Counted from the stretch's first letter, positions 44,127 to 54,297 are shown. The stretch is 64,000 bases of DNA from Polyangiales bacterium (GCA_038230375.1 JBBRNJ010000031.1:27663-91662), one strand, 5' to 3'. Program-made: numbers and translations. The notes: a model not told the origin generated them from the sequence alone.

Positions 44127-45089
44127 ATGAGCGCGCGCGGCAAGTCGTTCTTGGTCGTGGCGGTTACGTTACTCGGCGCTTGCAAGACTGGTCCGCCGAC
44201 GCCGCTCGAGCCTCCGCCGAAATGGGCCTATCCCGGCAGTCCGACGAGCGCCGTGACCGATGCGGCGGCCAGCGCGCCCAATGCGACGCTGGCCCCGGCC
44301 CCTCCGGATCTATTTGCGGTGCCGGATATGCATCCGGAGTCACACGGGCCGATGCCAGAGATCGTCGCGCACGGTCGGAAGCCGGTGGTGCAAGCGTGTG
44401 GTTTCTGCCACCTGGCGACGGGCGACGGACGTCCGGAGAACGCGGGCCTTGCGGGTCTGCCGTATGGCTACATCGTCGAGACGCTCGCGGACATGCGGAG
44501 CGGAAGGCGCCATTCGTCCGTTCCCGATCGCGCACCCACGGCGATGATGGACGCGCTGGCGAAGATCGTGACGGACGAAGAGATCGCGGTGGCCGCGAAG
44601 TACTTCGCTGCGCTCACGCCACACACGATGGTGCAGGTCGTGGAGACGGACGCCGCGCCGCGCTCGATGGAGGCGCACTGGATCCTGGCGAAGGATCCAG
44701 CCGGTGGAACCGAGCCGCTTGGTACGCGCATCGTCGAAGTGCCGGAGGATCTCGCGCAGTTCGAGCGGCGCGATGATCGCACGCGCTACGTCGCATACGT
44801 TCCGAAGGGAAGCATCGCCCGTGGGCAGGCGCTCGTCACGACGGGCGGACCCGGCAAGACCACGCCATGTCTCAGCTGCCACGGAACGGAACTGCGCGGC
44901 GGGACGGGCATCATTCCGCCGCTTGCGGGGCGCTCGCCGAGCTACGTCGTTCGCCAGCTCTACGACTTCAAGTCGGGCGCACGCGCCGGGTGGAGTAGCT
45001 CGCAGATGAAGGCGGTCGTGGGAAACCTGAGCGAGGAGGACATGATCTCGATCGCGGCCTACGTGGCGTCGAGACCCGCGCGTCCCTGA
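44127..45089 (+). CDS. Diheme cytochrome c4-like lipoprotein
   Basis: Lipobox LGAC; CGFCH and CLSCH; LAGRSPSYVVRQLYDFKSGAR. Confidence 0.9.
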   Translation: MSARGKSFLVVAVTLLGACKTGPPTPLEPPPKWAYPGSPTSAVTDAAASAPNATLAPAPPDLFAVPDMHPESHGPMPEIVAHGRKPVVQACGFCHLATGDGRPENAGLAGLPYGYIVETLADMRSGRRHSSVPDRAPTAMMDALAKIVTDEEIAVAAKYFAALTPHTMVQVVETDAAPRSMEAHWILAKDPAGGTEPLGTRIVEVPEDLAQFERRDDRTRYVAYVPKGSIARGQALVTTGGPGKTTPCLSCHGTELRGGTGIIPPLAGRSPSYVVRQLYDFKSGARAGWSSSQMKAVVGNLSEEDMISIAAYVASRPARP

Positions 45090-45097
45090 GTCGCTTG

Positions 45098-46297
45098 CTA
45101 CTTTTCCTTTTTCAGGCGGGCGGTTTCTTTGCCGTCGGTCGCGCCGATGGCGATCAGGGTGTCCTCGAAGCCGAAGACGATGTGGCTCACTCCTCCGAGG
45201 ATCGTTCCCTTCTCGCCTTGTCGCGGATGCGACCAGAGGTGCTCTCCCGTTGCGGGGCTGTAGCCATCGACCGACTGTGTATCGGCGGCGATCAGCACGT
45301 CCGCCACGACATCCATGTAGTCTACATTGTAGGCGTCGGCCGAGCGCACCACGCGCCAGCGCTCCTTGTTGTTCGGCCCCATCGCCACGAGGAACCGCCT
45401 TCGCGTTCCATCGTCGGCCTCGCATGGCATGAAGGTGTCCTTCGCCACCTTCAGGTACTTTCCGCACTCGAGCTCGCTCGTCTTGTAGGTGCGCGAGCCG
45501 CACTCGTTCTCAGAACCGCAGTGCAACTCGGCGCGCTCGAGCGGGCACGACGCTCCACTCTGCGCCTTCTGGCCGCTCGTCGCATCGATGCGAACTACGC
45601 CGTCGAACGGCATCGACACGAGGAGCTGGTCCTTGCCAGGCACGCACGCGCCGCGCGGCTTGGTCTCGCTCCGCCAGAGGTATTTTGCGGCGAGCGCCCC
45701 GGTTGCGTCATCATGGAAAAACGCGCCCTTCGAGGTCGCCAGCGCGAGGCGCGTGCCGGTGTTCAGCGTGTACGTCTCGTGCTCGGACCACCCCATCTCG
45801 TTCCCGACGGGCACCGACCACACCGCCGCGAGCGTCTTGGCGTCGACCCTCGTGAGCATCGTCGTGGAGGTGGCAACGATGAAGCCCGGACCATCCGTGG
45901 ACAGACCCAGCAGGACGCCCGAAGCATTGCTCGGGGGCAACGGTGAATCCGGCGGCACCGGTGCCACGACGGCCGGTGGTGTCTGGGCCACCGGGGGCGG
46001 CACCGCCATGCGTCGAGTCAGGAAGAGCGACCCGGCGACGCCCGCTGCAGCAACCATGGCGCCGAACGCGATGAACGTGGTTGCGGGCTTCTTGACCGGC
46101 GGCTTTGCGACGAGCGCGGTGGGCGGCGCCACGTTCGGGCTCTCGTGCGTCACCGCCGCAGCAACCGCCTGGATGTTGGCGTGGAGCTCCGACAGCAGCT
46201 GCGCCTCCTTCCGATGACGCTCCTGCGCGGCAGCGAGCTCGCGCGTGAGCTCCACGACCTTTTCTTCCAGCGCCTCGCGATTGTCCCTGTAGCTCAC
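45098..46297 (-). CDS. Membrane-anchored PQQ-like beta-propeller protein
   Basis: N-terminal coiled coil, TM helix, repeated D..TG...W blades. Confidence 0.75.
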   Translation of the reverse strand: MSYRDNREALEEKVVELTRELAAAQERHRKEAQLLSELHANIQAVAAAVTHESPNVAPPTALVAKPPVKKPATTFIAFGAMVAAAGVAGSLFLTRRMAVPPPVAQTPPAVVAPVPPDSPLPPSNASGVLLGLSTDGPGFIVATSTTMLTRVDAKTLAAVWSVPVGNEMGWSEHETYTLNTGTRLALATSKGAFFHDDATGALAAKYLWRSETKPRGACVPGKDQLLVSMPFDGVVRIDATSGQKAQSGASCPLERAELHCGSENECGSRTYKTSELECGKYLKVAKDTFMPCEADDGTRRRFLVAMGPNNKERWRVVRSADAYNVDYMDVVADVLIAADTQSVDGYSPATGEHLWSHPRQGEKGTILGGVSHIVFGFEDTLIAIGATDGKETARLKKEK

Positions 46298-46306
46298 CGC
46301 TCCATC

Positions 46307-46957
46307 CTACCGGAGCGCGTGCGTTCGTGCCTTGCGATAGGCGTCCGCGTTGACCTCTTCCCCACGCACCCACCGCCAGAGCGCGGGCACCACGACCTTC
46401 TGCCATGCAGGCGAGAGCCGCAGCACTAGGAAGTCCCGGTAGAGCGCCTCGAAGAGGTCCTCCATTTCGCGTGCAAGATGCATCCTTTCGTAGAAGGACT
46501 CCGCGCGCACATCGGCCTCGCGCTCCTCCTCTTCTGCGACGCTCTTCTCCATGCGCCGGGCCTTGCCGCGCGCGGCCTGCGGCGCCGCGTCCTCGCCCAC
46601 CTCACGCTCCTCCGTCAACACCGCAGGCAGCGCGAGCCCGGACATCGCGAGCGTCTCCGCCTTGAGCGTGAAGCTCGCGTCGCGATCGTGGAGGCTCACA
46701 TGCAGCCCCGCGCGCTCCGGCAGCTTCCCGCGACGGAGCGCCTCCTTCGCCTCACGCGCAAGGCCCGGAAGCGCGCCCTTGATCTGCGTGGTCTCCTTGC
46801 CAGCGGACAGGAGCAGCGTGCGCTCCACCCAGCAGCCGAAGGTCCCCACGGGCTTGGCGCTCAGCGTGCCCTCGAAGACCTCCGTCTCGAACCAGATGAA
46901 GAGCAGCAGCTCTCGCCCGAAGAACCTGCGGCTCTCGATCTTCTGCGCGAGGTCCAT
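46307..46957 (-). CDS. RdgC-related protein (second of a pair)
   Basis: FFGRELLLFIWF, EAKEALRRGKLP, FYERM; adjacent to an RdgC-like gene. Confidence 0.65.
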   Translation of the reverse strand: MDLAQKIESRRFFGRELLLFIWFETEVFEGTLSAKPVGTFGCWVERTLLLSAGKETTQIKGALPGLAREAKEALRRGKLPERAGLHVSLHDRDASFTLKAETLAMSGLALPAVLTEEREVGEDAAPQAARGKARRMEKSVAEEEEREADVRAESFYERMHLAREMEDLFEALYRDFLVLRLSPAWQKVVVPALWRWVRGEEVNADAYRKARTHALR

Positions 46958-47590
46958 CTATGCGTCCTCCTCGGTGAAGAGCGTGATCTCTGCGTCGTTC
47001 CACGCCGCCTCCGCTGCCTTGGTCAATCCCAGGCGCGTGGCCAGCGTGTACGGCGACTCCGGCACGAGCTTCAGACCGAACGTCTTCTGGAACAGCTCGC
47101 TCATCAACGCGCCCGCCTTGGGTGACGCGCTCATGAAGCGCACGAGCCCCTCAGCCAGCGAGAAAGAGAGGTCCACCGCGCGCGTCTGCGGCGACAGCTG
47201 CCGACGCAGCTTCTTGCCGACCAGGAGCTTCAGCTCCGACTTCTCCTTGCGCGTCATGCGCTCGCGCCCCTTCTTCTGCAGGTAGCTGCGCTCCGCCTCC
47301 CGCAGCTTGCTCTTCAGGAGCGGCGTGGGCACGACCCAGCGATCCGTACGGAAGCCGAGGTTCACGAACTCGTTGTAGAATACATCATTGTGCCCGAGCT
47401 CCAGCTCGAAGGGGTCCCCCACGCGGCACCAGCCGGAGCGCTCGAGATCCTCATCCTCGACCTCGAGCGGGCGCATCGCGCGGGCGCGAATCCCGCGCAT
47501 GGCCTTCTCGCGGAATGCCGATGCGGAGACCACGGTCTCGCCGTCGACATAGAAGCGGCTGTAGGTGAGCGCGCCCGAGAAGAGTCCCAT
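46958..47590 (-). CDS. Recombination-associated protein RdgC-like
   Basis: MGLFSGALTYSRF, RSGW, FRTDRWVVP..LL, ELFQKTFGLKL; start ATG 47590. Confidence 0.7.
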   Translation of the reverse strand: MGLFSGALTYSRFYVDGETVVSASAFREKAMRGIRARAMRPLEVEDEDLERSGWCRVGDPFELELGHNDVFYNEFVNLGFRTDRWVVPTPLLKSKLREAERSYLQKKGRERMTRKEKSELKLLVGKKLRRQLSPQTRAVDLSFSLAEGLVRFMSASPKAGALMSELFQKTFGLKLVPESPYTLATRLGLTKAAEAAWNDAEITLFTEEDA

Positions 47591-47630
47591 GCGCGATCCC
47601 TTACTCGGGAGATCGCGCATCGGGTGAACT

Positions 47631-47870
47631 TTGAGCGGGAAGTGGTACGCTGAATGCGATCCGAAGAAGCCGTTCGGCGCGTCCACGCTGGTCGCTTCGA
47701 TCGACACCACTGGCATCGACCTGTCCGGCCACCTGGCCGCGAACGAGACGCTCGAGGAGTATCCCAGCTGGGTCTCCGCGGATGCGTGTGTCCTCTGGTT
47801 CTCCAGCGACCGCACCACCGGCGGGCGTAACAACAACGGCGACATCTACTTCGTCCAGCGACCTCTCTGA
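47631..47870 (+). pseudogene. C-terminal fragment of a PD40/TolB-like propeller gene
   Basis: PFG...EEYPSWVSADACVLWFSSDRTTGG..GDIYFVQRPL*; a single blade, no signal peptide. Confidence 0.6.
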
Positions 47871-47889
47871 CGCCTGGGGGACCGCCGGG

Positions 47890-48714
47890 TCAGGTGCCCT
47901 TGAACTTCGGGTCGCGGCGCTCCATGAAGGCGGTGAAGGCCTCCTTCAGATCGTTGGAGGCGAGGAACGCGGCGTTCCACACCGCCACGAAGCGCTCGCC
48001 CTCCGCGACGCTCTTGTCCGCGCAGAAGTCGATGACCTCCTTCACGCCGGCGACCACCAGCGGCGGATTGTCGCCGATGCGCGCGGCAAGGGAGCGCGCG
48101 GCCTCGAGCAGCTCCGCCTCGTCGTCGTAGACCTCTTCCACGAGGCCGATCTCGTGGGCGCGGTCGGCGTCGATGTCGTCGCCCGTGAGCGCGAGCATCT
48201 TCGTGTGACCCACGCCGATGATCTTCGGTAGGCGCTGGAGGCTGCCCAGGTCTGCCACCATGGCTACCTTCACCTCGCGCACGCTGAAGCTCGCACCCTT
48301 CTGGGCCAGGCGGATGTCGCACGCGGAGATCATATCCACGCCACCGCCGATGCATCTGCCGCTGACGGCGGCGATCACCGGCTTCTTGCACGCGGCGATC
48401 GCGTCGAAGGACTCCTGCAGCTTGTGCACCAGCTCATGGAGCTTGGTCCGATCCCTGGCCAGCGCTTCGCCGAACACCAGCGCGCCGAGCGTGGGCGCCA
48501 TGGCCTTCAGATCGAGCCCGTACGTGAAGTTGCCTCCGGACCCACGCACGATGATCGCGCGCACCTCGTCGTCCGCCGAGAGCGCGCGGAATACGCGCGG
48601 GCACTCCTCCCAGAACTGAGGCCCCATCGCGTTGCCCTTGCCTGGTCCAAGAAGAACCACCTCCGCCACGAAGGGGACGTTCTTCTCGATGCGCAGCGCG
48701 ACCAGGTCTTCCAT
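47890..48714 (-). CDS. Crotonase/enoyl-CoA hydratase family protein (dienoyl-CoA isomerase-like)
   Basis: FTYGLDL, KPVIAAVSGRCIGGG, EVKVAMVADLGSLQRLP. Confidence 0.92.
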   Translation of the reverse strand: MEDLVALRIEKNVPFVAEVVLLGPGKGNAMGPQFWEECPRVFRALSADDEVRAIIVRGSGGNFTYGLDLKAMAPTLGALVFGEALARDRTKLHELVHKLQESFDAIAACKKPVIAAVSGRCIGGGVDMISACDIRLAQKGASFSVREVKVAMVADLGSLQRLPKIIGVGHTKMLALTGDDIDADRAHEIGLVEEVYDDEAELLEAARSLAARIGDNPPLVVAGVKEVIDFCADKSVAEGERFVAVWNAAFLASNDLKEAFTAFMERRDPKFKGT

Positions 48715-48775
48715 GCGGCGCATCTTCGCATTGCAACGATGGATTGACCATGCTGCGCCGTGCGATAGTGGCCAC

Positions 48776-49492
48776 GTGAAGGTCCTGGTCCTTGGTGGCA
48801 GTGGTGTCGTCGGCTCGGCATGCGTGCGTGAGCTGCGCGCGCGCGGCGCCACCGTCGCATTCTCGTACAACACCGCAAAGGCGAAGGCGGACGCCCTGGC
48901 CGCGGAGACAGACGCGCGGGCCATCGCGCTGGACGTGCTGGAGGTGGGCGCAACGGCCGCCGCGGTCGAGCGAGCAGCGACCGAGCTGTCCGGACTGGAT
49001 GCGCTGGTGCACGCGATCGGTGTGGCCTCCACGCGCGTGCCCGTTGCGTTCGATGACGACCTCCGCGATGACGAGGCGGGCCTCGATCGCTTGCTCGCGA
49101 TCAACGTGCGCAGCGCGTACGTGGCGGTGACACGTGCCCAGTCCCTCATGACGAACGGCGGCAACATCATCCTTCTTGGTTCCGTGGACGGCGAGAAGAG
49201 CGTGCCTAGCGCGCCGCCGTACGCCATGAGCAAGGCAGCGCTGTCCGGGATGGCGCGCGCGCTTGCGAAGGTGCTCGGCCCGAAGAAGATTCGCATCAAC
49301 GTCGTGGCGCCGGGCATCCTGGAGGGCGGCGCGAGCAGCGTGGTGCCCGAGCGCATCCGCGTGGAGTACCTGAAGCACTCGAACGCAAAGCGCTTCGGTA
49401 CGTCGCAGGAGATCGCTCGCACCGTCGCGCACCTTGCGCTCGAGAACACCTACGTCACCGGCAAGACCTTGATCCTGGACGGCGGCCTGTAG
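48776..49492 (+). CDS. SDR family oxidoreductase
   Basis: GGSGVVG, YAMSK, INVVAPG, YVTGKTLILDGG. Confidence 0.9.
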   Translation: MKVLVLGGSGVVGSACVRELRARGATVAFSYNTAKAKADALAAETDARAIALDVLEVGATAAAVERAATELSGLDALVHAIGVASTRVPVAFDDDLRDDEAGLDRLLAINVRSAYVAVTRAQSLMTNGGNIILLGSVDGEKSVPSAPPYAMSKAALSGMARALAKVLGPKKIRINVVAPGILEGGASSVVPERIRVEYLKHSNAKRFGTSQEIARTVAHLALENTYVTGKTLILDGGL

Positions 49493-49496
49493 CGGC

Positions 49497-50291
49497 TCAT
49501 TCGGCGCGGACGCGCAGGGCTCGCAAGGTGAGCCTGTCGACCAGCCCTGGCGCAGCGAGCTTCACCCACTGCCCAACCTTTGCGACGCGCGTCATGAGGA
49601 CGTCGCGCTCGCGGCGGTCGATGGCGCGGACGAGGATGCGCGTGCACTCCTCGAGCGACATCGTATTCTTGTGCTCGTCACGCGCGCTCACGCCGCTCGG
49701 CCTTCCGTCGGGCCCCAGCACGCGCTCGCGGATGCCCGTGCGCACGAAGCCCGGCGACGCCACGAGCACGTCCACGCCGGTGCCGATGAGCTCGACGCGG
49801 AGGGAGTCAAAGAAGCCCTGCATCGCGTGCTTGCTTGCAGCGTAGGCGGTGCGCGTGGGGACGCCCGTCTTTCCCGTGAGCGAGCTCACCGCGACGATGA
49901 GGCCGCGCGAGGTACGGAGGTGGGGAAGCGCGCTATGTGTACAATACACGCTTCCGAGGTAGTTCACCTTCATGATGCGCTCGAAGATGGAGAGGTCGGT
50001 GATCTCGTCGAACCGCGCCCACATCGAGATCCCCGCGTTGTTGACGAGCACGTCGATGCCGCCGAACTTCTCGATCGCGCGATCGATCAGGCGCTTGCAC
50101 TGCTCCGGGTCAGTCACATCCGTCTGAACCGCCAGCGCCCGCCCGCCGGCTCTCTCGCAGGCGGAGGCGACGCCGTTGATGCGCTCGAGATCACGCGCGG
50201 CCACGACGACGTTGTCGCCGCGACGTGCGTAGGCAAGGCAGAGTGCTTCTCCGATGCCGCTGGAGGCGCCCGTGACGACAAACGTCTTCAT
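49497..50291 (-). CDS. SDR family oxidoreductase
   Basis: TGASSGIG, NNAG, YAASK. Confidence 0.93.
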   Translation of the reverse strand: MKTFVVTGASSGIGEALCLAYARRGDNVVVAARDLERINGVASACERAGGRALAVQTDVTDPEQCKRLIDRAIEKFGGIDVLVNNAGISMWARFDEITDLSIFERIMKVNYLGSVYCTHSALPHLRTSRGLIVAVSSLTGKTGVPTRTAYAASKHAMQGFFDSLRVELIGTGVDVLVASPGFVRTGIRERVLGPDGRPSGVSARDEHKNTMSLEECTRILVRAIDRRERDVLMTRVAKVGQWVKLAAPGLVDRLTLRALRVRAE

Positions 50292-50305
50292 GCCGGGGAG
50301 CCTAC

Positions 50306-50377
50306 AACGACGACCTCGACTTCGACTTCGACTTCGACCTCGACCTCGACCTCGACCTCGACCTCGACCTCGACCTC
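50306..50377 (+). repeat. (TCGACY)n microsatellite
   Basis: TCGACC/TCGACT run abutting the stop codon of the kelch gene. Confidence 0.95.
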
Positions 50378-51530
50378 AGTGGAACGTTCCGATCCTCACG
50401 TCTGTCTCATCCACTGTCTGGTTCTGGCCGCTCACTCCGTAGATCTTGTCCTTGAAGATCGGGGCCTGGTGCGTGTGGCTGCGTGGGTCCGCCATGCGTG
50501 AGGACGTGTCCTTCACCCATGGTCCTAGCTGGCCCGGCCCAAGGATGGGCGCGCGGAGCACGTCGCGCGAGGGGAGGCCGCCGGACTCGTCGCTCGTCGC
50601 GTCCACCACGCCGCCAATGATGAACAGGAAGCCGTCGTGGACGGCGCTCGAGTGCGTCGAGTACGAGGACGGTGTCTCCGGACCTTGCGTCCACGGCGAG
50701 AGCTTTCCGTCTGCCTGGAACGTGGCGATCTGGACCTCGCGATGCGGCTTGCCGCTGTTGTTGTTCGTGTTGCCGGTCTGCCCGTTCACCACGTAGAGCG
50801 TGTCTCCGTCGACGATCGATGTGTGATGGCTCAGCGAGTACGGCAGGTGCGCGATCACCTCCCACTGCCCCAAGTTCCCCTGTGCATCGATGCTCGAGCG
50901 CACCACATTGTCCGTGGTGATGGTGCCTGCAAGGCCGCCGATCACGTAGATGAAGTCGCCGTGCACGACGGCGGTCGTGTGGAACCACTTGCCTGGAAGC
51001 GTGGGCCCTGTCTTCCACGTACCAAGCGACCCGTCCGCATTGATCGGCGCGCTGAGCGTTGCATTGGAGTTGAAGCCCGACGCAAGGACGACCACGCCAT
51101 GCGTCACGACGACGCCCGCACCAGCGACCGCCGTGGGTAGCATGCCCGCGTCTTGCCACGCGCCCAGCGATCCGTCGTCCGCCAGCGGGCTACGCAAGAT
51201 CGTGGCGAGCTGTCCGGAGTCGTTGAACCCGCCCGCGACGTAGAGGAACCGCGACGCCGTGCCGCCCGGGTCCACGATGAACGTGTGGTGGTGATCGCGA
51301 CCGAGCCCATCTGCGAGCGCCGGTCCTGCCTTCCACCTGATGCCGAGCTCGCAGACGCCACCCGCGTCGTGCTCGTCCGCGGAGCAAGGCGCCGGCGGTG
51401 CGGCCTCTGCCGCGGCGTCGGAGGTGTCACCCGGGTCAGCGTTCAGCGTGCTCTTGCTCGAGCTGCACGCGGCAAGCACCCCAAGACCAAGACCCAGACC
51501 AAGGACAGGCAGGAAGCGAAAGAGCGACAT
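50376..51530 (-). CDS. Kelch-repeat lipoprotein
   Basis: Lipobox LAAC; LYVAGG, IYVIGG, LFIIGG and G.LG.W blades. Confidence 0.88.
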   Translation of the reverse strand: MSLFRFLPVLGLGLGLGVLAACSSSKSTLNADPGDTSDAAAEAAPPAPCSADEHDAGGVCELGIRWKAGPALADGLGRDHHHTFIVDPGGTASRFLYVAGGFNDSGQLATILRSPLADDGSLGAWQDAGMLPTAVAGAGVVVTHGVVVLASGFNSNATLSAPINADGSLGTWKTGPTLPGKWFHTTAVVHGDFIYVIGGLAGTITTDNVVRSSIDAQGNLGQWEVIAHLPYSLSHHTSIVDGDTLYVVNGQTGNTNNNSGKPHREVQIATFQADGKLSPWTQGPETPSSYSTHSSAVHDGFLFIIGGVVDATSDESGGLPSRDVLRAPILGPGQLGPWVKDTSSRMADPRSHTHQAPIFKDKIYGVSGQNQTVDETDVRIGTFH

Positions 51531-51646
51531 ACCGCCGCACGCAAGCAAGTGCGGTACCAGCAAGAATCGGGCCTGTTTTGCGCTGAGTGTGGCCCGCCGT
51601 CAGCGGTAAGGTCCGGGCCACGTCAGCATTCGCACGCGCCCGTCTG

Positions 51647-52456
51647 CTACCGCCGATAGGGGGCGACCGATTCCTGCTGCTTCACGTGCATGGCCAGAAG
51701 ATGCGCCAGCAGGTCGACGCCGTAGGTGAAGCTCGTTACCACCATGCCGCTCTGCGTGGACGCGAGTGACACATTGCGCTCCGGGATTCGCTTCACGCTG
51801 ACGAGCCTGTTGTCGAAGGTCGCCGTGGGCGAGTTCTCGCGCAGCTTCGTCACCGCGAGCGGGAAGTTGAGCGCGTTCGTCGGCTGCATCTGCGGACCGA
51901 GCGCATGATACTTCGCCTCGTCCTGGCGCATGATCCACGGCCGCTCGCCGCTGCGTCGGAACAGATAGACAACGTGCTCGCGTGCGTCCGTGGCCTGCTT
52001 GGTCTCGCGCGTGGTGGACTTCGTCATCACCAGTCCGCCGGTGAGGAGCGCGCGGCCAGCGCTGAATGAACGCTCCTTCGTGACCGTGCGTGACGTGGTG
52101 CTCAGGCGATGCGTCGCGCGAACGATCGCGAGGACGTCGCCAAACGGCAAGAGCTCGCTCGGCGCCTCCTCGGTCCGGTAGCCATCCGGGTCGATCCGGA
52201 AGCGCTTCATCGTCACCATGCTCTCGGAGTCCACCACGTACTCGTCGTCGGCACCAATGACCAGGTTGCCGCGCTCCGCGATCCGCGAGAGCACCCGCTG
52301 CGCGAGCTCCTTGTCGATGGTGGTGAGGACCACCGCCGGCATACCCGCCGTCAGGGTGATCCGCACCTCGTATGGCGTGCTGCCGATATCCTCCGCAATG
52401 CGCGCGGCCTCGGATTCGATCGGGGTCCGGAGCTCCGTGACGGCAACGATGTACAA
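51647..52456 (-). CDS. Hypothetical protein
   Basis: Long ORF with coding-type codons; FSAGRALLTGGLVM motif; TTG start. Confidence 0.7.
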   Translation of the reverse strand: MYIVAVTELRTPIESEAARIAEDIGSTPYEVRITLTAGMPAVVLTTIDKELAQRVLSRIAERGNLVIGADDEYVVDSESMVTMKRFRIDPDGYRTEEAPSELLPFGDVLAIVRATHRLSTTSRTVTKERSFSAGRALLTGGLVMTKSTTRETKQATDAREHVVYLFRRSGERPWIMRQDEAKYHALGPQMQPTNALNFPLAVTKLRENSPTATFDNRLVSVKRIPERNVSLASTQSGMVVTSFTYGVDLLAHLLAMHVKQQESVAPYRR

Positions 52457-52510
52457 GACGACCTCACCATCATCTTTTCATCGAGCCCGTCATGGGACAA
52501 TGTTGTCGTC

Positions 52511-53851
52511 ATGACCTCCCCCCAGGAAAGCTCGCCAGCCTCCCCCACCACCCACTCCGCGCCGAAAGGCGTGCTGGCGGACCTCCTTGCCTACCTGGGC
52601 GACAGCCCCACGCCGTACCACGCCGCGGAGAGCACGGCCGCCCGCCTGCGCACGGCCGGTTTCTCGGCCCTGTCGGAGTCGGACGCATGGGATGGCCTCG
52701 CGCCTGGCCGTTACTTCGTGGTGCAAGGCGGCACGAGCGTGCTCGCGTTCGTGCTTCCGAACGGCGCAAAGGCAGCCGCTGGCTTCCGCATCGTGGGCGC
52801 GCACACGGACAGCCCCAACCTCCGACTCAAGCCAAACGCGGACTACAAGAAGGAGGGCTACGCGCAGGTCGGCGTCGAGGTGTACGGCGGCGCGCTGCTG
52901 AACTCGTGGCTCGATCGCGATCTGTCGGTCGCCGGCAGGCTCATCGTGCGCGAGGACAATCGCCTGGTGCACAAGCTCGTGAAGGTGGAGCGACCGCTGC
53001 TTCGCGTCCCGCAGCTCGCCATCCATCTCGATCGTGAGGTGAACGAGAAGCTCGCGCTCAATCGCCAGGATCACCTTGCGCCCGTGCTCGGCCTCGAGGG
53101 CTCCACCATGGCGGACCTCATCGCCGCGGAGGCGAACGTGGCAGTCACGGACGTGGTCTCGTCGGACCTGATGCTCTTCGACACCGTGAGGCCCGTGGTC
53201 TCCGGCGCGAAGGGCGAGTTCCTGCACTCTGGACGCCTGGACAATCTGGCCATGTGCCACGCAGCGATCTCCGCGCTCATCGCGGCCGCGCCCGCGCTCA
53301 TGGACGGAGACACCATCGCCATGGCCGCGCTCTTCGATCACGAGGAGGTCGGCAGCGAGAGCGCGCTCGGTGCGCACTCTGGTTTCTTGCCGCGCGCGCT
53401 CGCTCGCATCGGCGCCGCTGCCAGGGCCGATGGTGACGCCTACCACCGGCTGCTCGCGCGCTCGCTCTGCATCTCTGCGGACATGGCGCACGCCGTCCAC
53501 CCGAACTACGAAGGTCGCCACGAGCCGCGCCACAAGCCCGTGCTCAACGGCGGTCCGGTCATCAAGGTGAACAGCCAGCAGCGCTACGCCACGAACGGCG
53601 CGACGGCTGCGCTGTTCTCCGAGCTGTGTCGCGGTGTCGACGTGCCGGTGCAGACCTATGCACACCGCACGGATCTGCCCTGCGGCACCACCATCGGCCC
53701 CATCGTCTCCACGTTGCTCGGCATCCGCACGGTCGACATCGGCAACCCCATGCTCAGCATGCACTCGATCCGCGAGATGGCCGGCACCAAGGATCCCGAG
53801 CTGATGGTCCGCGTGATGTCTGCCTTCTACAGCGCGAAGGATCCGGGTTGA
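52511..53851 (+). CDS. M18 family (aspartyl) aminopeptidase
   Basis: SPTPYH, GAHTDSP, SWLDRDL, RLDNL, DHEEVGS, SADMAHAVHPN, LSMHSIRE. Confidence 0.95.
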   Translation: MTSPQESSPASPTTHSAPKGVLADLLAYLGDSPTPYHAAESTAARLRTAGFSALSESDAWDGLAPGRYFVVQGGTSVLAFVLPNGAKAAAGFRIVGAHTDSPNLRLKPNADYKKEGYAQVGVEVYGGALLNSWLDRDLSVAGRLIVREDNRLVHKLVKVERPLLRVPQLAIHLDREVNEKLALNRQDHLAPVLGLEGSTMADLIAAEANVAVTDVVSSDLMLFDTVRPVVSGAKGEFLHSGRLDNLAMCHAAISALIAAAPALMDGDTIAMAALFDHEEVGSESALGAHSGFLPRALARIGAAARADGDAYHRLLARSLCISADMAHAVHPNYEGRHEPRHKPVLNGGPVIKVNSQQRYATNGATAALFSELCRGVDVPVQTYAHRTDLPCGTTIGPIVSTLLGIRTVDIGNPMLSMHSIREMAGTKDPELMVRVMSAFYSAKDPG

Positions 53852-54297
53852 GCCGCGCGGCGATTCTCCTGGTCACCGCCGTGCTCGTCACGACCACTGC
53901 ATGCGACAGGAACAAGAGAGCAGGCATCGGCACCGCGGACGCCGCCAGCTCTGGTCAAACCGCGGGCACACGCGGGCCTCCTGCGACCGGCGACCCTTGC
54001 GAATCCGGGAGTGTGTGCGGGGACGGGGCACTCCTTGGGTGCGATGAGGGGCACATCTGGCGGGTCGCGCGTCCGTGCCGTGGCAAGCTCGGCTGTTCAG
54101 CATCCGCTCAGGGACCGACGTGCGACCAGTCCTTGGCGGAGGAGCGCGACGTTTGCCCGACGACCGGCCGTCTGGCGTGCTCCCCGGACGGAACGATGGA
54201 GATGCTCTGCCAGAACGGTCGCTTCAAGTCCTCGCGAGTGTGTGAGAAAGAGGGCTGTTCAGTATCGCCGAACGGGGGAGCGGTCCGGTGCCGCTGA
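53848..54297 (+). CDS. Small Cys-rich lipoprotein
   Basis: TTG start overlaps the M18 stop; TTAC lipobox; CRGKLGC..CDQS..ACSPDG. Confidence 0.75.
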   Translation: MSRAAILLVTAVLVTTTACDRNKRAGIGTADAASSGQTAGTRGPPATGDPCESGSVCGDGALLGCDEGHIWRVARPCRGKLGCSASAQGPTCDQSLAEERDVCPTTGRLACSPDGTMEMLCQNGRFKSSRVCEKEGCSVSPNGGAVRCR

